35,867 nucleotides of DNA from a virus. Of the stretch, positions 1-7,527 are shown one piece after another. The notes beneath the pieces were generated by a model, which made no database searches, was not told where the DNA came from, and saw nothing but the letters and a program-made list of their open reading frames with translations. The stretch spans positions 1 through 35,867 of the IMG/VR virus record IMGVR_UViG_3300045988_113479; one strand, given 5' to 3'. The translations under genes were made by a program, and so were the position numbers. The first letter of the stretch is position 1. The number at the start of each line of letters is the position of its first letter.

Positions 1-55
1 GTCGACGGAGACGAGGACGGCGCTCGCGGCCTCCCCGAGTGGGTCCTGGAGTTCC
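1..55. repeat. 55-bp terminal overlap, identical to 35813-35867 (closure of a circular contig)
   Basis: gtcgacggagacgaggacggcgctcgcggcctccccgagtgggtcctggagttcc occurs at both window ends. The overlap lies inside one continuous reading frame. Unique genome length is 35,812 bp. Confidence 0.9.
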
Positions 56-1392
56 ACCTCCACCCCAAGACGGGCAAGCCGCTGGACGACGTGCATAACT
101 GGGACCTTCTGATGAAGCATGACCCCGTGCTGCGTGCCCTGGCCCGTAACGACATGGACCTGACGACGGTCACGCGCCGCCAGTTCCCGTGGCGGACGGT
201 GGAGGCGGGTAAGGACGACGCGCTCACTAACGCCGACCGCGCCCAGATCAGCGCGCATTTGCAGCGCGCCTACAACATGCCCCGCCCCGCGCAGGAGCAG
301 CTTAACGGTGTGATCGACATGGTGGCGCAGGACAACGCTTTCCACCCCGTGGTCGAGTACCTGGAGTGCCTGGAATGGGACGGCATCTCGCGTGTGGAAA
401 CGTACTTGCCGGGCGCGCAGGATGACTACACGCGACGGGTGGCTCGCCTGGTGGCGGTGCAGGCCGTGGCCCGCGCCCTCGACCCCGGCGTGAAGGTGGA
501 CAACTGTCTCATCCTGACCGGGCGGCAAGGCCTGGGTAAGTCGTGGTTTGTCGAGACGATGGCACGCGGGTGGACCTGCACACTCGGACCAATCGAAGGC
601 GGCGGCCTGCGCGATACAGTCATGGCAATGACCCGCTCCTGGGTTACCGTCGCGGACGAGGGTTTCGCCATGAAGAAAGCCGACGCTGAAGCCCTGAAGC
701 AGTTCGTCACGCTCACGCACGACGTTATCCGCCTGCCCTACGCTAGGGAGCACGTGAAGCTCCCCCGCCGACAGGTTATCTGGGGAACCACCAATGATGC
801 CGTCTTCCTACGCGCGCAGGAAGGCAACCGCCGCTTCCTCATCGTGGAAGTGGCCGAAAAGCTGGACTTCGGTAAGTACTCGGACGAGTACGTGAACCAG
901 GTGTGGGCCGAGGCCGTCCACATCTGGAAGACCAGCAAGGCCCAGTATGGCCTGAAGGACAACCCGGAGTTGTTCTTGTCCGCGTCGGAGGAGGCGGCGG
1001 CGGAGTCCGTGCGCTCGATGGCGACCGAGGAAGACTCTATGACCGGCCTCATCCAGGCCTACCTGGACACGCTCGTCCCGGCCAACTGGGTGGAAATGTC
1101 GCCCGAAGAACGTATCAGTTGGCTACGCGACGCGGAACAGGGTATAGTGAGCGGTACGCACCCGATTGACGTGGTGTGCTCGCTTGAAATCTGGGAGATA
1201 GCGCTAGGCCGTGAGCGCGGGAAGCACTCTCGCGTGGACATCCTCCAGATCACCAACGCGCTGAAGCAACTGCCCGGCTGGTTCGGCCCCATGCCGAAGC
1301 CGACCAGGCTCCCGTTCTACGGGCCTCAGCGTGTGTTCGCCCGCATGGACGAACCCACCGACGTGAGCGACTCGCCCGAGTCACTCATCTAA
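1..1392 (+). CDS. DNA primase/helicase, C-terminal part (VirE/D5-like P-loop NTPase); continuation of the ORF starting at 34841
   Basis: Frame 1 is open from base 1, so the track start at GTG 91 is a linearisation artefact. P-loop LTGRQGLGKS and a VirE-like core (WGTTNDAVFLRAQEGNRRFLIVEV). In frame with ATG 34841 through the 55-bp overlap, giving 787 aa in total. Confidence 0.85.
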   Translation, partial: VDGDEDGARGLPEWVLEFHLHPKTGKPLDDVHNWDLLMKHDPVLRALARNDMDLTTVTRRQFPWRTVEAGKDDALTNADRAQISAHLQRAYNMPRPAQEQLNGVIDMVAQDNAFHPVVEYLECLEWDGISRVETYLPGAQDDYTRRVARLVAVQAVARALDPGVKVDNCLILTGRQGLGKSWFVETMARGWTCTLGPIEGGGLRDTVMAMTRSWVTVADEGFAMKKADAEALKQFVTLTHDVIRLPYAREHVKLPRRQVIWGTTNDAVFLRAQEGNRRFLIVEVAEKLDFGKYSDEYVNQVWAEAVHIWKTSKAQYGLKDNPELFLSASEEAAAESVRSMATEEDSMTGLIQAYLDTLVPANWVEMSPEERISWLRDAEQGIVSGTHPIDVVCSLEIWEIALGRERGKHSRVDILQITNALKQLPGWFGPMPKPTRLPFYGPQRVFARMDEPTDVSDSPESLI

Positions 1393-1423
1393 CCGATCAA
1401 CGATCACCAGGGAGAACCGGATC

Positions 1424-1885
1424 ATGGAAATCAACATCACTCTCGACGTGCAGGGCGCGACCGTGGAGGAGGTGCAGTGGCTGGCCGGTCTGCTGGCCGC
1501 GCAGCGCACCGCTCCCGCGCCGATCACCGTCGAGGTCGAGAAGGCAGCGCCCATCGCCCCGGCGGATGAGGAGAAGCCCGCCCCGAAGAAGGCGGCGGCG
1601 AAGAAGCCAGCCAAGAAGACGGCGAAGAAGTCCGACCCCGAGCCGGAGCCGACCCCCGAGCCTGCCCCGGCGGAGGACGAGACCGGCGGCGCGACCGTCG
1701 AGGACGAGACGGTCACCCCCGAGGCCGACCTGCTGGCGGTCGCCGTCGCGCGAGCCACCGAACTGATCGGCGCAGGCGAGCAGGACGCGATCAAGACCGC
1801 CCTCGAGGTGGCAGGCGCGCGCCGCGTCGGCCTCCTCAAGGGCGACCAGATTCAGGCCTTCCTCGACGCTCTCCCGGAGGCCTGA
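1424..1885 (+). CDS. hypothetical protein with a histone-H1/Hlp-like basic Ala/Lys/Pro tract followed by an acidic Pro/Glu tract
   Basis: ATG preceded by GGGAGAA. Central KPAPKKAAAKKPAKKTAKK followed by DPEPEPTPEPAPAEDE. Sits between the primase and the DUF2800 nuclease. Confidence 0.65.
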   Translation: MEINITLDVQGATVEEVQWLAGLLAAQRTAPAPITVEVEKAAPIAPADEEKPAPKKAAAKKPAKKTAKKSDPEPEPTPEPAPAEDETGGATVEDETVTPEADLLAVAVARATELIGAGEQDAIKTALEVAGARRVGLLKGDQIQAFLDALPEA

Positions 1886-1888
1886 CCA

Positions 1889-3043
1889 ATGCCTCCCAAG
1901 GGACACGCGAACCTTGGGCCGTCGAGCGCGGCGCGCTGGCTGGCCTGCCCGGCCAGCGTGCCGCTCGCAGCGGCGGCCCCCACCCCGCCCGAGTCGCCCC
2001 ACGCGGCGGAGGGCACGGCGGCGCACGCGCTCGCGGAGATCGTCGCCCGTTTCGAGCTGATCGACCACGACGAAGCCGCCCGCGACCACGCCCTAAACCA
2101 CTGGACGGCGAAATACGGCGAGACCTACGACATGGTGGACATGCTCCGCCATGTGGGCAAGTACGTGGACCAGGTGCGCGCCGACCTGGACGCTGAACCT
2201 CACTCCGTCCTGCTCCTGGAGCAGCGGATGGCGACCGGGATCCCCGGCGTGTGGGGGACAGGCGACGCGGTGGTGGTCTCACCTCGCGCCGTCCGCGTCC
2301 TCGACCTCAAATACGGTCAGGGCGTGCCAGTGAACGCGGTCGGAAACCCTCAGCTCCGCCTCTACGGCCTGGGTGCCCTGAACGAGTTCGGGGACCTCCT
2401 GGGCACCGTCGAGGAGGTCAGCGTGACTGTCGTCCAGCCTCGACTAGGGTCCGTCTCCTCCGAGACGCTCACCGTCCAGGAGCTGCTCGAGTGGCGCGAC
2501 ACCGTGGTGCTGCCCGGGGCCCAGAAGGTCGAGGACGGGTCAGATGAGTTCGGTCCCGGCGAGGCGGCTTGCCGCTGGTGCCCCGTGGCTGGCGAGTGCC
2601 GGGCGCGTCGTGACTTCCTCGTCGCCCGCGACTTCGGAGACCCCGGCCTCCTAGACGACGAGGAGGTGGGCGCGGAGCTGGAGCGCGTCGCCCAAATCCG
2701 CCACTGGTGCGACGCACTGGAGGGAGTCGCCTTCGACCGCATTTACACCGAGGGCCGGACCATCCCCGGCTTCAAGGTGGTGGCTGGCCGGGGTCGCCGT
2801 GTGGTGACTGACCCGGCGGCGGCTATCCAGACGCTGATCGACAGTGGATACCAGCCCGAGCAGGTGGCGGAGTTCAAGATTCTACCGCTTGGCAAACTGG
2901 AGAAGCTGGTGGGCAAGTCTGACCTCCCCGATCTGATCGGGGACTACATCACCAAGAAGGAGGGCAAGCCCTCCCTGGTGGGGGATGCGGACCCGCGTCC
3001 ACCTCTCACAGCCGCCGCGAGCGCTGCGGCGGACTTCGGGTAG
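1889..3043 (+). CDS. DUF2800-type PD-(D/E)XK (Cas4/RecB-like) exonuclease
   Basis: N-terminal HANLGPSSAARWLACPAS signature and a C-terminal Cys cluster (CRWCPVAGEC). Lies directly upstream of the DUF2815 and PolA genes, the canonical module order. Confidence 0.75.
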   Translation: MPPKGHANLGPSSAARWLACPASVPLAAAAPTPPESPHAAEGTAAHALAEIVARFELIDHDEAARDHALNHWTAKYGETYDMVDMLRHVGKYVDQVRADLDAEPHSVLLLEQRMATGIPGVWGTGDAVVVSPRAVRVLDLKYGQGVPVNAVGNPQLRLYGLGALNEFGDLLGTVEEVSVTVVQPRLGSVSSETLTVQELLEWRDTVVLPGAQKVEDGSDEFGPGEAACRWCPVAGECRARRDFLVARDFGDPGLLDDEEVGAELERVAQIRHWCDALEGVAFDRIYTEGRTIPGFKVVAGRGRRVVTDPAAAIQTLIDSGYQPEQVAEFKILPLGKLEKLVGKSDLPDLIGDYITKKEGKPSLVGDADPRPPLTAAASAAADFG

Positions 3044-3069
3044 ACAACCCGGAGACTAAGCGCTACACT
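3041..3069 (+). promoter_or_regulatory. putative promoter TAGACA-17-TACACT upstream of the SSB gene
   Basis: TAGACA 3041-3046 (overlaps the stop codon of the nuclease gene), a 17-nt spacer, then TACACT 3064-3069. The context gcgcTACACT resembles the gcgcTATACT of the five early cassettes. Confidence 0.35.
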
Positions 3070-3076
3070 ATGGGGT

Positions 3077-3107
3077 GTGCCGGGGCCTTGAGCCTCGGCC
3101 CCGGCAC
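3077..3107 (+). terminator. GC-rich hairpin (11-bp stem) between the nuclease and SSB genes; terminator and/or 5' leader hairpin
   Basis: GTGCCGGGGCC 3077-3087 pairs with GGCCCCGGCAC 3097-3107 across a 9-nt loop. It starts 7 nt after the TACACT hexamer, the same gap as in the five-copy early cassette. Confidence 0.5.
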
Positions 3108-3145
3108 GCTCACCGATTCACGATTACACGAAAGAGTTGATCACA

Positions 3146-3706
3146 ATGGCTAATCCCCGCAAGGTTGTCACCCGCGCCGACGAGAACATTCGCCTCGGCT
3201 ACGTCCACCTGCTGGAGCCATACACGGCCTCCACGGAGCAGGACCCCAGGTTCTCGTGCATGCTGATTATCCCCAAGACGGCGAAGCGCACGCTGGCGGC
3301 GATCAAGGCCGCGCAGGCCGCCGCTATCGAGGAGCAGAAGGCGAAGTTCGGCGGCAAGGTGCCGAAGAACCTGAAGTCCACCCTCCACGACGGCGACGAG
3401 GACGCAGACCTGGAGCGCAACCCGGAGCTTGAAGGCTGCTACTACATGAACGTCAGCGCGAAGCGCCGCCCTGGTGTCGTTGACCGCGACCTGAACCCGA
3501 TTCTGGACAGCACTGAGGTGTACTCGGGCATCTACGCCCGCGTCTCGATGTCCGCCTACTGCTACAACACCAACGGGAACCGGGGCGTGACCTTCGGCCT
3601 GGAGAACGTGCAGAAGGTCCGCGACGGCGAGATGCTGGGCGGCGGAGCGTCCCGCGCTGAGGATGACTTCGACGTTCTGGAGGACGACGAGGACGACATC
3701 CTGTAA
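3146..3706 (+). CDS. DUF2815-family single-stranded DNA-binding protein
   Basis: Start moved to ATG 3146 (GAAAGAG SD at 3131-3137). IRLGYVHLLEPY N-terminal signature and an acidic SSB-like tail, DDFDVLEDDEDDIL. Confidence 0.75.
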   Translation: MANPRKVVTRADENIRLGYVHLLEPYTASTEQDPRFSCMLIIPKTAKRTLAAIKAAQAAAIEEQKAKFGGKVPKNLKSTLHDGDEDADLERNPELEGCYYMNVSAKRRPGVVDRDLNPILDSTEVYSGIYARVSMSAYCYNTNGNRGVTFGLENVQKVRDGEMLGGGASRAEDDFDVLEDDEDDIL

Positions 3707-3726
3707 CATAGGCCCTGATGGGTCCC

Positions 3727-3771
3727 GACCCCCTCACCACCTTCTTGGTCCTGGTGGTGAGGGGGTCTTTT
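3727..3771 (+). terminator. canonical rho-independent terminator after the SSB gene
   Basis: GACCCCCTCACCACC 3727-3741 pairs with GGTGGTGAGGGGGTC 3753-3767 (15-bp stem, 11-nt loop), followed by TTTT 3768-3771. Confidence 0.8.
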
Positions 3772-3782
3772 CATCCCCTGGC

Positions 3783-3836
3783 TTGCATCGTAGCGCTTGG
3801 GTGCGCTATGCTGGTTCATGTCACCGCACGGGTGAC
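3783..3836 (+). promoter_or_regulatory. early cassette copy 1: promoter TTGCAT-18-TATGCT plus GTCACC/GGTGAC hairpin
   Basis: TTGCAT 3783-3788, TATGCT 3807-3812, a 7-nt gap, stem 3820-3825/3831-3836, then GAAAGGA 3846-3852 and ATG 3862. Confidence 0.65.
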
Positions 3837-3861
3837 CCCTGAACTGAAAGGACCAAGACCC

Positions 3862-4215
3862 ATGCCCCGAACACATGGACTGCGTTCCACCTACGTCGCC
3901 GGGTGCCGCTGCGACCAGTGCCGCGCCGCCAACCGCGAGTACGGACGCAAGAAGTCGCGCATCACCGACTTGACCCCTGCTCACCGGGAGGCGCAGCGCG
4001 CCGCCCAGGAGGCCAGCGTGGAGGCCGCCACCCGCTCACACCGCCCCTGGGAGCAGTGGGAGGACGAGGCGGCCGGAGACTACTCCAGATCGATCTCGGA
4101 GATTGCCGCCGACCTCGGGCGCACCGTCTCCTCGGTGCGCAACCGCCGCGCCGTGAAGGGCCTTCGCGCCAAGTGGCACGCCGCCCACGTCCTCGAGGGA
4201 GGCGAGCAGGAATGA
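3862..4215 (+). CDS. putative DNA-binding regulator (N-terminal GCRC-x2-C zinc-ribbon-like motif, C-terminal HTH-like segment)
   Basis: Start moved to ATG 3862, 9 nt after GAAAGGA; the upstream part of ORF 3718 covers a terminator and a promoter. Motifs STYVAGCRCDQCRAANREY and SISEIAADLGRTVSSVRNRR. Confidence 0.6.
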   Translation: MPRTHGLRSTYVAGCRCDQCRAANREYGRKKSRITDLTPAHREAQRAAQEASVEAATRSHRPWEQWEDEAAGDYSRSISEIAADLGRTVSSVRNRRAVKGLRAKWHAAHVLEGGEQE

Positions 4216-4412
4216 AGAAGTACCAGATCGACTGGGTGCAGTTCATCTGCGCCCTGATCACCGTCGTGAGCTTGGTCGGTGCCATCGTCGCCATGTTCAT
4301 CTTCCCGCGCCAGCCCTGGCCGGTCGTCTTCCCGCTCCTGTGCGTCGCCGCCCTGTTCTCGGTGATCGTTGACGCGCGTATGGAGGGGCACGGGCGGAGG
4401 GGCCGGAAATGA
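4212..4412 (+). CDS. small two-TM membrane protein (66 aa)
   Basis: ATG 4212 overlaps the upstream stop (ATGA) and its own stop overlaps the PolA start (ATGA). Hydrophobic spans WVQFICALITVVSLVGAIVAMFIF and VVFPLLCVAALFSVIV. Confidence 0.6.
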   Translation: MKKYQIDWVQFICALITVVSLVGAIVAMFIFPRQPWPVVFPLLCVAALFSVIVDARMEGHGRRGRK

Positions 4413-6289
4413 TTCCTCCCAGCCTTATCACCCCTGCCCCGGCCCCTGTCGTCGCGCTCCCGCACGACCTCTACGTGGACATTGAGACGTACTCGACCAC
4501 CGATATTAAGCGCGGGGTCTACCGCTACAGTGAGGACCCGGAGTTTCTCGTCCTCATGTGTGCGTGGGCGCTGGACGACGGTCCCGTGCAGGTCGCCGTC
4601 GGACGCGACGAGATCATGAAGATTCCCCACCTCCTCGACGGCTCCAACGTCGTCGTGAGATTCGCCCACAACGCACAGTTTGAGCGCGTTTGCCTCTCTC
4701 GATTCCGCGGACTACCGACTGGTCAATATCTCCCGCCTGAAGCCTGGGAGGACACGATGGCCCACATGGCGGAATGGGGATACCCGCAGTCCCTGGAGGG
4801 TGGGGCGAAGGCCCTCGGGGCCGACCCAAAGGACGGCGCGGGCGCGGCCCTCATTCGTTGGTTCTGCCAGCCGGACAGGAGCGGCAAGCGCCGCCTGCCC
4901 GAGGACCACCCCGAGAAGTGGGCGCAGTTTGTCGAGTATTGCCGCCAGGATGTGGCGACGATGCGAGACATGCGCCGCCGCCTCCTGCGCCGTCACGGTC
5001 AGGACTGGCCGACCGATCACGAGCGCCGTGTGTGGATTGCCGACCAGAAGGTCAACGACCTGGGCATTAGGGTGGACCTCGATATGGCCGCGAGCGCGGT
5101 CGAGGCGGCGAGCGAGAACCTCGCAGCCGACAAGGCCGAGGCCAAGGCCATCACCGGAGTGGAGAACCCGGGGAGCACGGCTCAGCTTCTCTCCTGGTTC
5201 GGTGGTCTCCTGCCTGACCTGAAGGCGGAGACGGTGCGCCAGGCGCTCACGCGCGACGATCTGACCGCCGATCAGCGGCGCGTCCTGGAGCTGCGCCAGA
5301 GCATGGCCCTAACAGCGCACAAGAAGTTTCAGACAGCGCTCGACGCGGCGAACACCGACGAGCGCCTGCGCGGTGGCTTCAGGTTCTTCGGCGCGCACAC
5401 CGGGCGGTGGGCGGGCCGGGGCCTCCAGCTCCAGAACCTGCCTCGCGCTGGCTTCTCGTCCGAGGCCGCTCAGGACGCGGCTATCCTTGACCTGACCCTG
5501 GGCCTCGGAGCCGACCCACACACGCTGAAGTCCCTCGTCCGCCCCATGCTGGTGGGGCCGTTCACCGTGTGCGATTACAGCGCGATTGAGGCGCGCGTGG
5601 TCGCCTGGTTGGCCGGGGAGGAGTGGGCGCTGGAGGCGTTCGCCAATGGCCGCGACATCTACGTGGAGACCGCCAACCGTATGGGCGGTGGCATGGGACG
5701 CAAGGAGGGCAAGGTGGCCGTCCTCGCCCTCGGCTACAACGGAGGCGTGGGGTCGCTCCAGGCTATGGGCGGCGCGGCGCTCGGTGATGAGACTGTCCTC
5801 CAGCGGATCGTCGACCAGTGGCGAGCCGCCAACCGGAATATCGTCCGTTTGTGGGGCCGTGTGGAGCGCGCGTTCTATTACGGCGGGCAGGCGGGCGAGC
5901 ACATTCGTGTGGAGGCCAGCGGGTCGGATCGTCTGGTGCGTCTGCCGTCTGGGCGCGCCGTCGTCTACCACCAGGTGCGCGCATCTCGGGACGGTCGGCT
6001 GTCCTTCCAGGACCCGAGGCAGCGGTGGCGCACGGACACCTACGGCGGGCGGCTCGTGGAAAACATCACGCAGGCGGTCGCCCGCGACGTGCTGGGCGCG
6101 GCCCTGGTACGTCTGGACGAGGAGGGCCACCGGGTGGTCGGCCATGTCCATGATGAGGTGATCGTGGAGGCTGCGCCCGGCTCGACGGTGCAGGCGGTGC
6201 ATGACGTGATGGTGCGGCCCCTGGATTGGTCGGAGGGCCTGCCCTTGGAGGCGGCGGGCTACGTGTGTAATCGGTATCGGAAGGATTAG
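4409..6289 (+). CDS. family A DNA polymerase with 3'-5' exonuclease domain (no 5' nuclease domain)
   Basis: Exo I DIETYS; motif A DYSAIEARVVAW; motif B RKEGKVAVLALGYNGG; motif C HVHDEVIVE. Confidence 0.95.
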   Translation: MIPPSLITPAPAPVVALPHDLYVDIETYSTTDIKRGVYRYSEDPEFLVLMCAWALDDGPVQVAVGRDEIMKIPHLLDGSNVVVRFAHNAQFERVCLSRFRGLPTGQYLPPEAWEDTMAHMAEWGYPQSLEGGAKALGADPKDGAGAALIRWFCQPDRSGKRRLPEDHPEKWAQFVEYCRQDVATMRDMRRRLLRRHGQDWPTDHERRVWIADQKVNDLGIRVDLDMAASAVEAASENLAADKAEAKAITGVENPGSTAQLLSWFGGLLPDLKAETVRQALTRDDLTADQRRVLELRQSMALTAHKKFQTALDAANTDERLRGGFRFFGAHTGRWAGRGLQLQNLPRAGFSSEAAQDAAILDLTLGLGADPHTLKSLVRPMLVGPFTVCDYSAIEARVVAWLAGEEWALEAFANGRDIYVETANRMGGGMGRKEGKVAVLALGYNGGVGSLQAMGGAALGDETVLQRIVDQWRAANRNIVRLWGRVERAFYYGGQAGEHIRVEASGSDRLVRLPSGRAVVYHQVRASRDGRLSFQDPRQRWRTDTYGGRLVENITQAVARDVLGAALVRLDEEGHRVVGHVHDEVIVEAAPGSTVQAVHDVMVRPLDWSEGLPLEAAGYVCNRYRKD

Positions 6290-6292
6290 CGC

Positions 6293-6345
6293 TTGCACGA
6301 GGTCGCCGGGTGCGCTATACTGACTTTTGTCACCGCCCCGGTGAC
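6293..6345 (+). promoter_or_regulatory. early cassette copy 2: promoter TTGCAC-17-TATACT plus GTCACCG/CGGTGAC hairpin
   Basis: TTGCAC 6293-6298, TATACT 6316-6321, a 7-nt gap, stem 6329-6335/6339-6345, GAAAGGA 6356-6362, ATG 6370. The cassette starts at the PolA stop codon (TAGCGCTTGCAC). Confidence 0.7.
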
Positions 6346-6369
6346 CCGAACCCCCGAAAGGAACCCATC

Positions 6370-6720
6370 ATGCGTACCGTTATTGCCGTCGATCTGAACA
6401 CCATGCGCGAGCTTGCCGACGAGGAGGCCGCCGTCCGCTCCGAGAAGACCGACTGGTGCGAGGCCGCCTACCGTGAGGAGGCCGTCCGCCGCGTCGAGGA
6501 GCGCCGCGAGACCCAGAAGATGATCGAGACGTGGGAGGCCCGTTGCCTCGCCCGTCTCCGTGCCATCGAGAACAAGGCCTTTGGGGCCATGACCGACATC
6601 TACATGGAGACCTCCTGCTACAGCTTCAGGGACTCCGCCCACGTCGGTAAGCTGGTGAAGGACGCGCAGGAGGCGCTCGCGGCGTTGCAGCGCTACGCGC
6701 TCGCGGAAATCACGAAGTAG
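6370..6720 (+). CDS. hypothetical early protein (116 aa, predicted helical/coiled)
   Basis: ATG 6370 lies 7 nt after GAAAGGA. The gene is flanked on both sides by cassette promoters. No motif recognised. Confidence 0.6.
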   Translation: MRTVIAVDLNTMRELADEEAAVRSEKTDWCEAAYREEAVRRVEERRETQKMIETWEARCLARLRAIENKAFGAMTDIYMETSCYSFRDSAHVGKLVKDAQEALAALQRYALAEITK

Positions 6721-6723
6721 CGC

Positions 6724-6778
6724 TTGCACACCCCGCGCGGGTGCGCTATACTTAAACATGTCACCGGGAAACGGTGAC
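6724..6778 (+). promoter_or_regulatory. early cassette copy 3: promoter TTGCAC-17-TATACT plus GTCACCG/CGGTGAC hairpin
   Basis: TTGCAC 6724-6729, TATACT 6747-6752, a 7-nt gap, stem 6760-6766/6772-6778 (loop GGAAA), GAAAGGA 6787-6793, ATG 6802. Again begins TAGCGCTTGCAC at the upstream stop codon. Confidence 0.7.
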
Positions 6779-6801
6779 CCCATCCAGAAAGGACCAAGAC
6801 A

Positions 6802-7140
6802 ATGACCGCCACCAGCATCTACCGCACCAACTGGGACCACACCAGCCTCCTGACCGCCAACCCCACCGGAAAGTGGGCCACCAACTTCGCCGCCGACCTC
6901 CGCCACCGTCGCTTCAACGGCGACTTCGGAGGCTACCGCCGCACTGGTCGCCTGATCGTCGTCTTCGAGAAGGGCATCGGCTACCGCATCATCTTCAAGA
7001 ACGAGGCCGGGGACCGCATGTTCAGCCACATCGAGGTCAACTGCCCCAGCCTCGACCACGCGCTGGACATCGTGGGTAGCTGGATGGGCCAGCCCGACAA
7101 CGTCCACATGTTCGCGCCCGTCGACCTCATCAACAACTGA
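6802..7140 (+). CDS. hypothetical early protein (112 aa)
   Basis: Consensus GAAAGGACCAAGACA-ATG initiation region and normal amino-acid composition. No motif recognised. Confidence 0.65.
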   Translation: MTATSIYRTNWDHTSLLTANPTGKWATNFAADLRHRRFNGDFGGYRRTGRLIVVFEKGIGYRIIFKNEAGDRMFSHIEVNCPSLDHALDIVGSWMGQPDNVHMFAPVDLINN

Positions 7141-7148
7141 TCAACCCA

Positions 7149-7178
7149 GGGAGGCCCCACCACCCGGCGGGGCCTCCC
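7149..7178 (+). terminator. GC hairpin of the type II intergenic module (10-bp stem)
   Basis: GGGAGGCCCC 7149-7158 pairs with GGGGCCTCCC 7169-7178. No T-tract. Near-identical to the hairpin at 30868-30895. Followed by CCACCC..GAAAGGAC..CATCATG. Confidence 0.5.
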
Positions 7179-7205
7179 ACCCAACACCCCTGAAAGGACA
7201 CCATC

Positions 7206-7511
7206 ATGGCAAGCAAGATCGAGATTCCCGTCAACGGAGGGTCCGGCAAGCTCATTTACTGGCTTCGTCAGCACAAGCTCGGAGTGCCCGGCAAGTTCGG
7301 CCTCATCCCCGCCGAGAAGATCGACCAGATCAGCATCGACCACCGCGCCGTCGACGGCGCGCCCGGCTGGCAGATCATCCACGTGCTGGCCGAAGGCATC
7401 CTCTACGCCTACAGCATCTCCGAGGCCAGCCTGAGCGACCTCAACGCGATTCGCCTCCAGGTGCAGGGCGCGCGCGACATCGCCCGCATCAACCAGCAGC
7501 TTGGAAACTGA
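7206..7511 (+). CDS. hypothetical early protein (101 aa)
   Basis: GAAAGGA at 7192-7198 sits 7 nt before the ATG. No motif recognised. Confidence 0.65.
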   Translation: MASKIEIPVNGGSGKLIYWLRQHKLGVPGKFGLIPAEKIDQISIDHRAVDGAPGWQIIHVLAEGILYAYSISEASLSDLNAIRLQVQGARDIARINQQLGN

Positions 7512-7527
7512 GAAAGGACCAAGACCC

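Noticed and set aside
1-55. The 55-bp end repeat as a genuine direct terminal repeat of the virion DNA
   Set aside because: It lies in the middle of an essential ORF and has the length of a typical assembler k-mer, so a circular-contig overlap is the simpler reading. This cannot be fully excluded without reads.
3718-3861. N-terminal extension of the ORF called at 3718-4215
   Set aside because: The extension would translate through a rho-independent terminator (3727-3771) and a cassette promoter and hairpin. ATG 3862 sits 9 nt after the consensus GAAAGGA.
5309-6298. 329-aa minus-strand ORF antisense to the DNA polymerase gene
   Set aside because: Shadow ORF in high-GC sequence with Arg/Pro/His-rich composition. 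The opposite frame carries unambiguous PolA motifs A, B and C.
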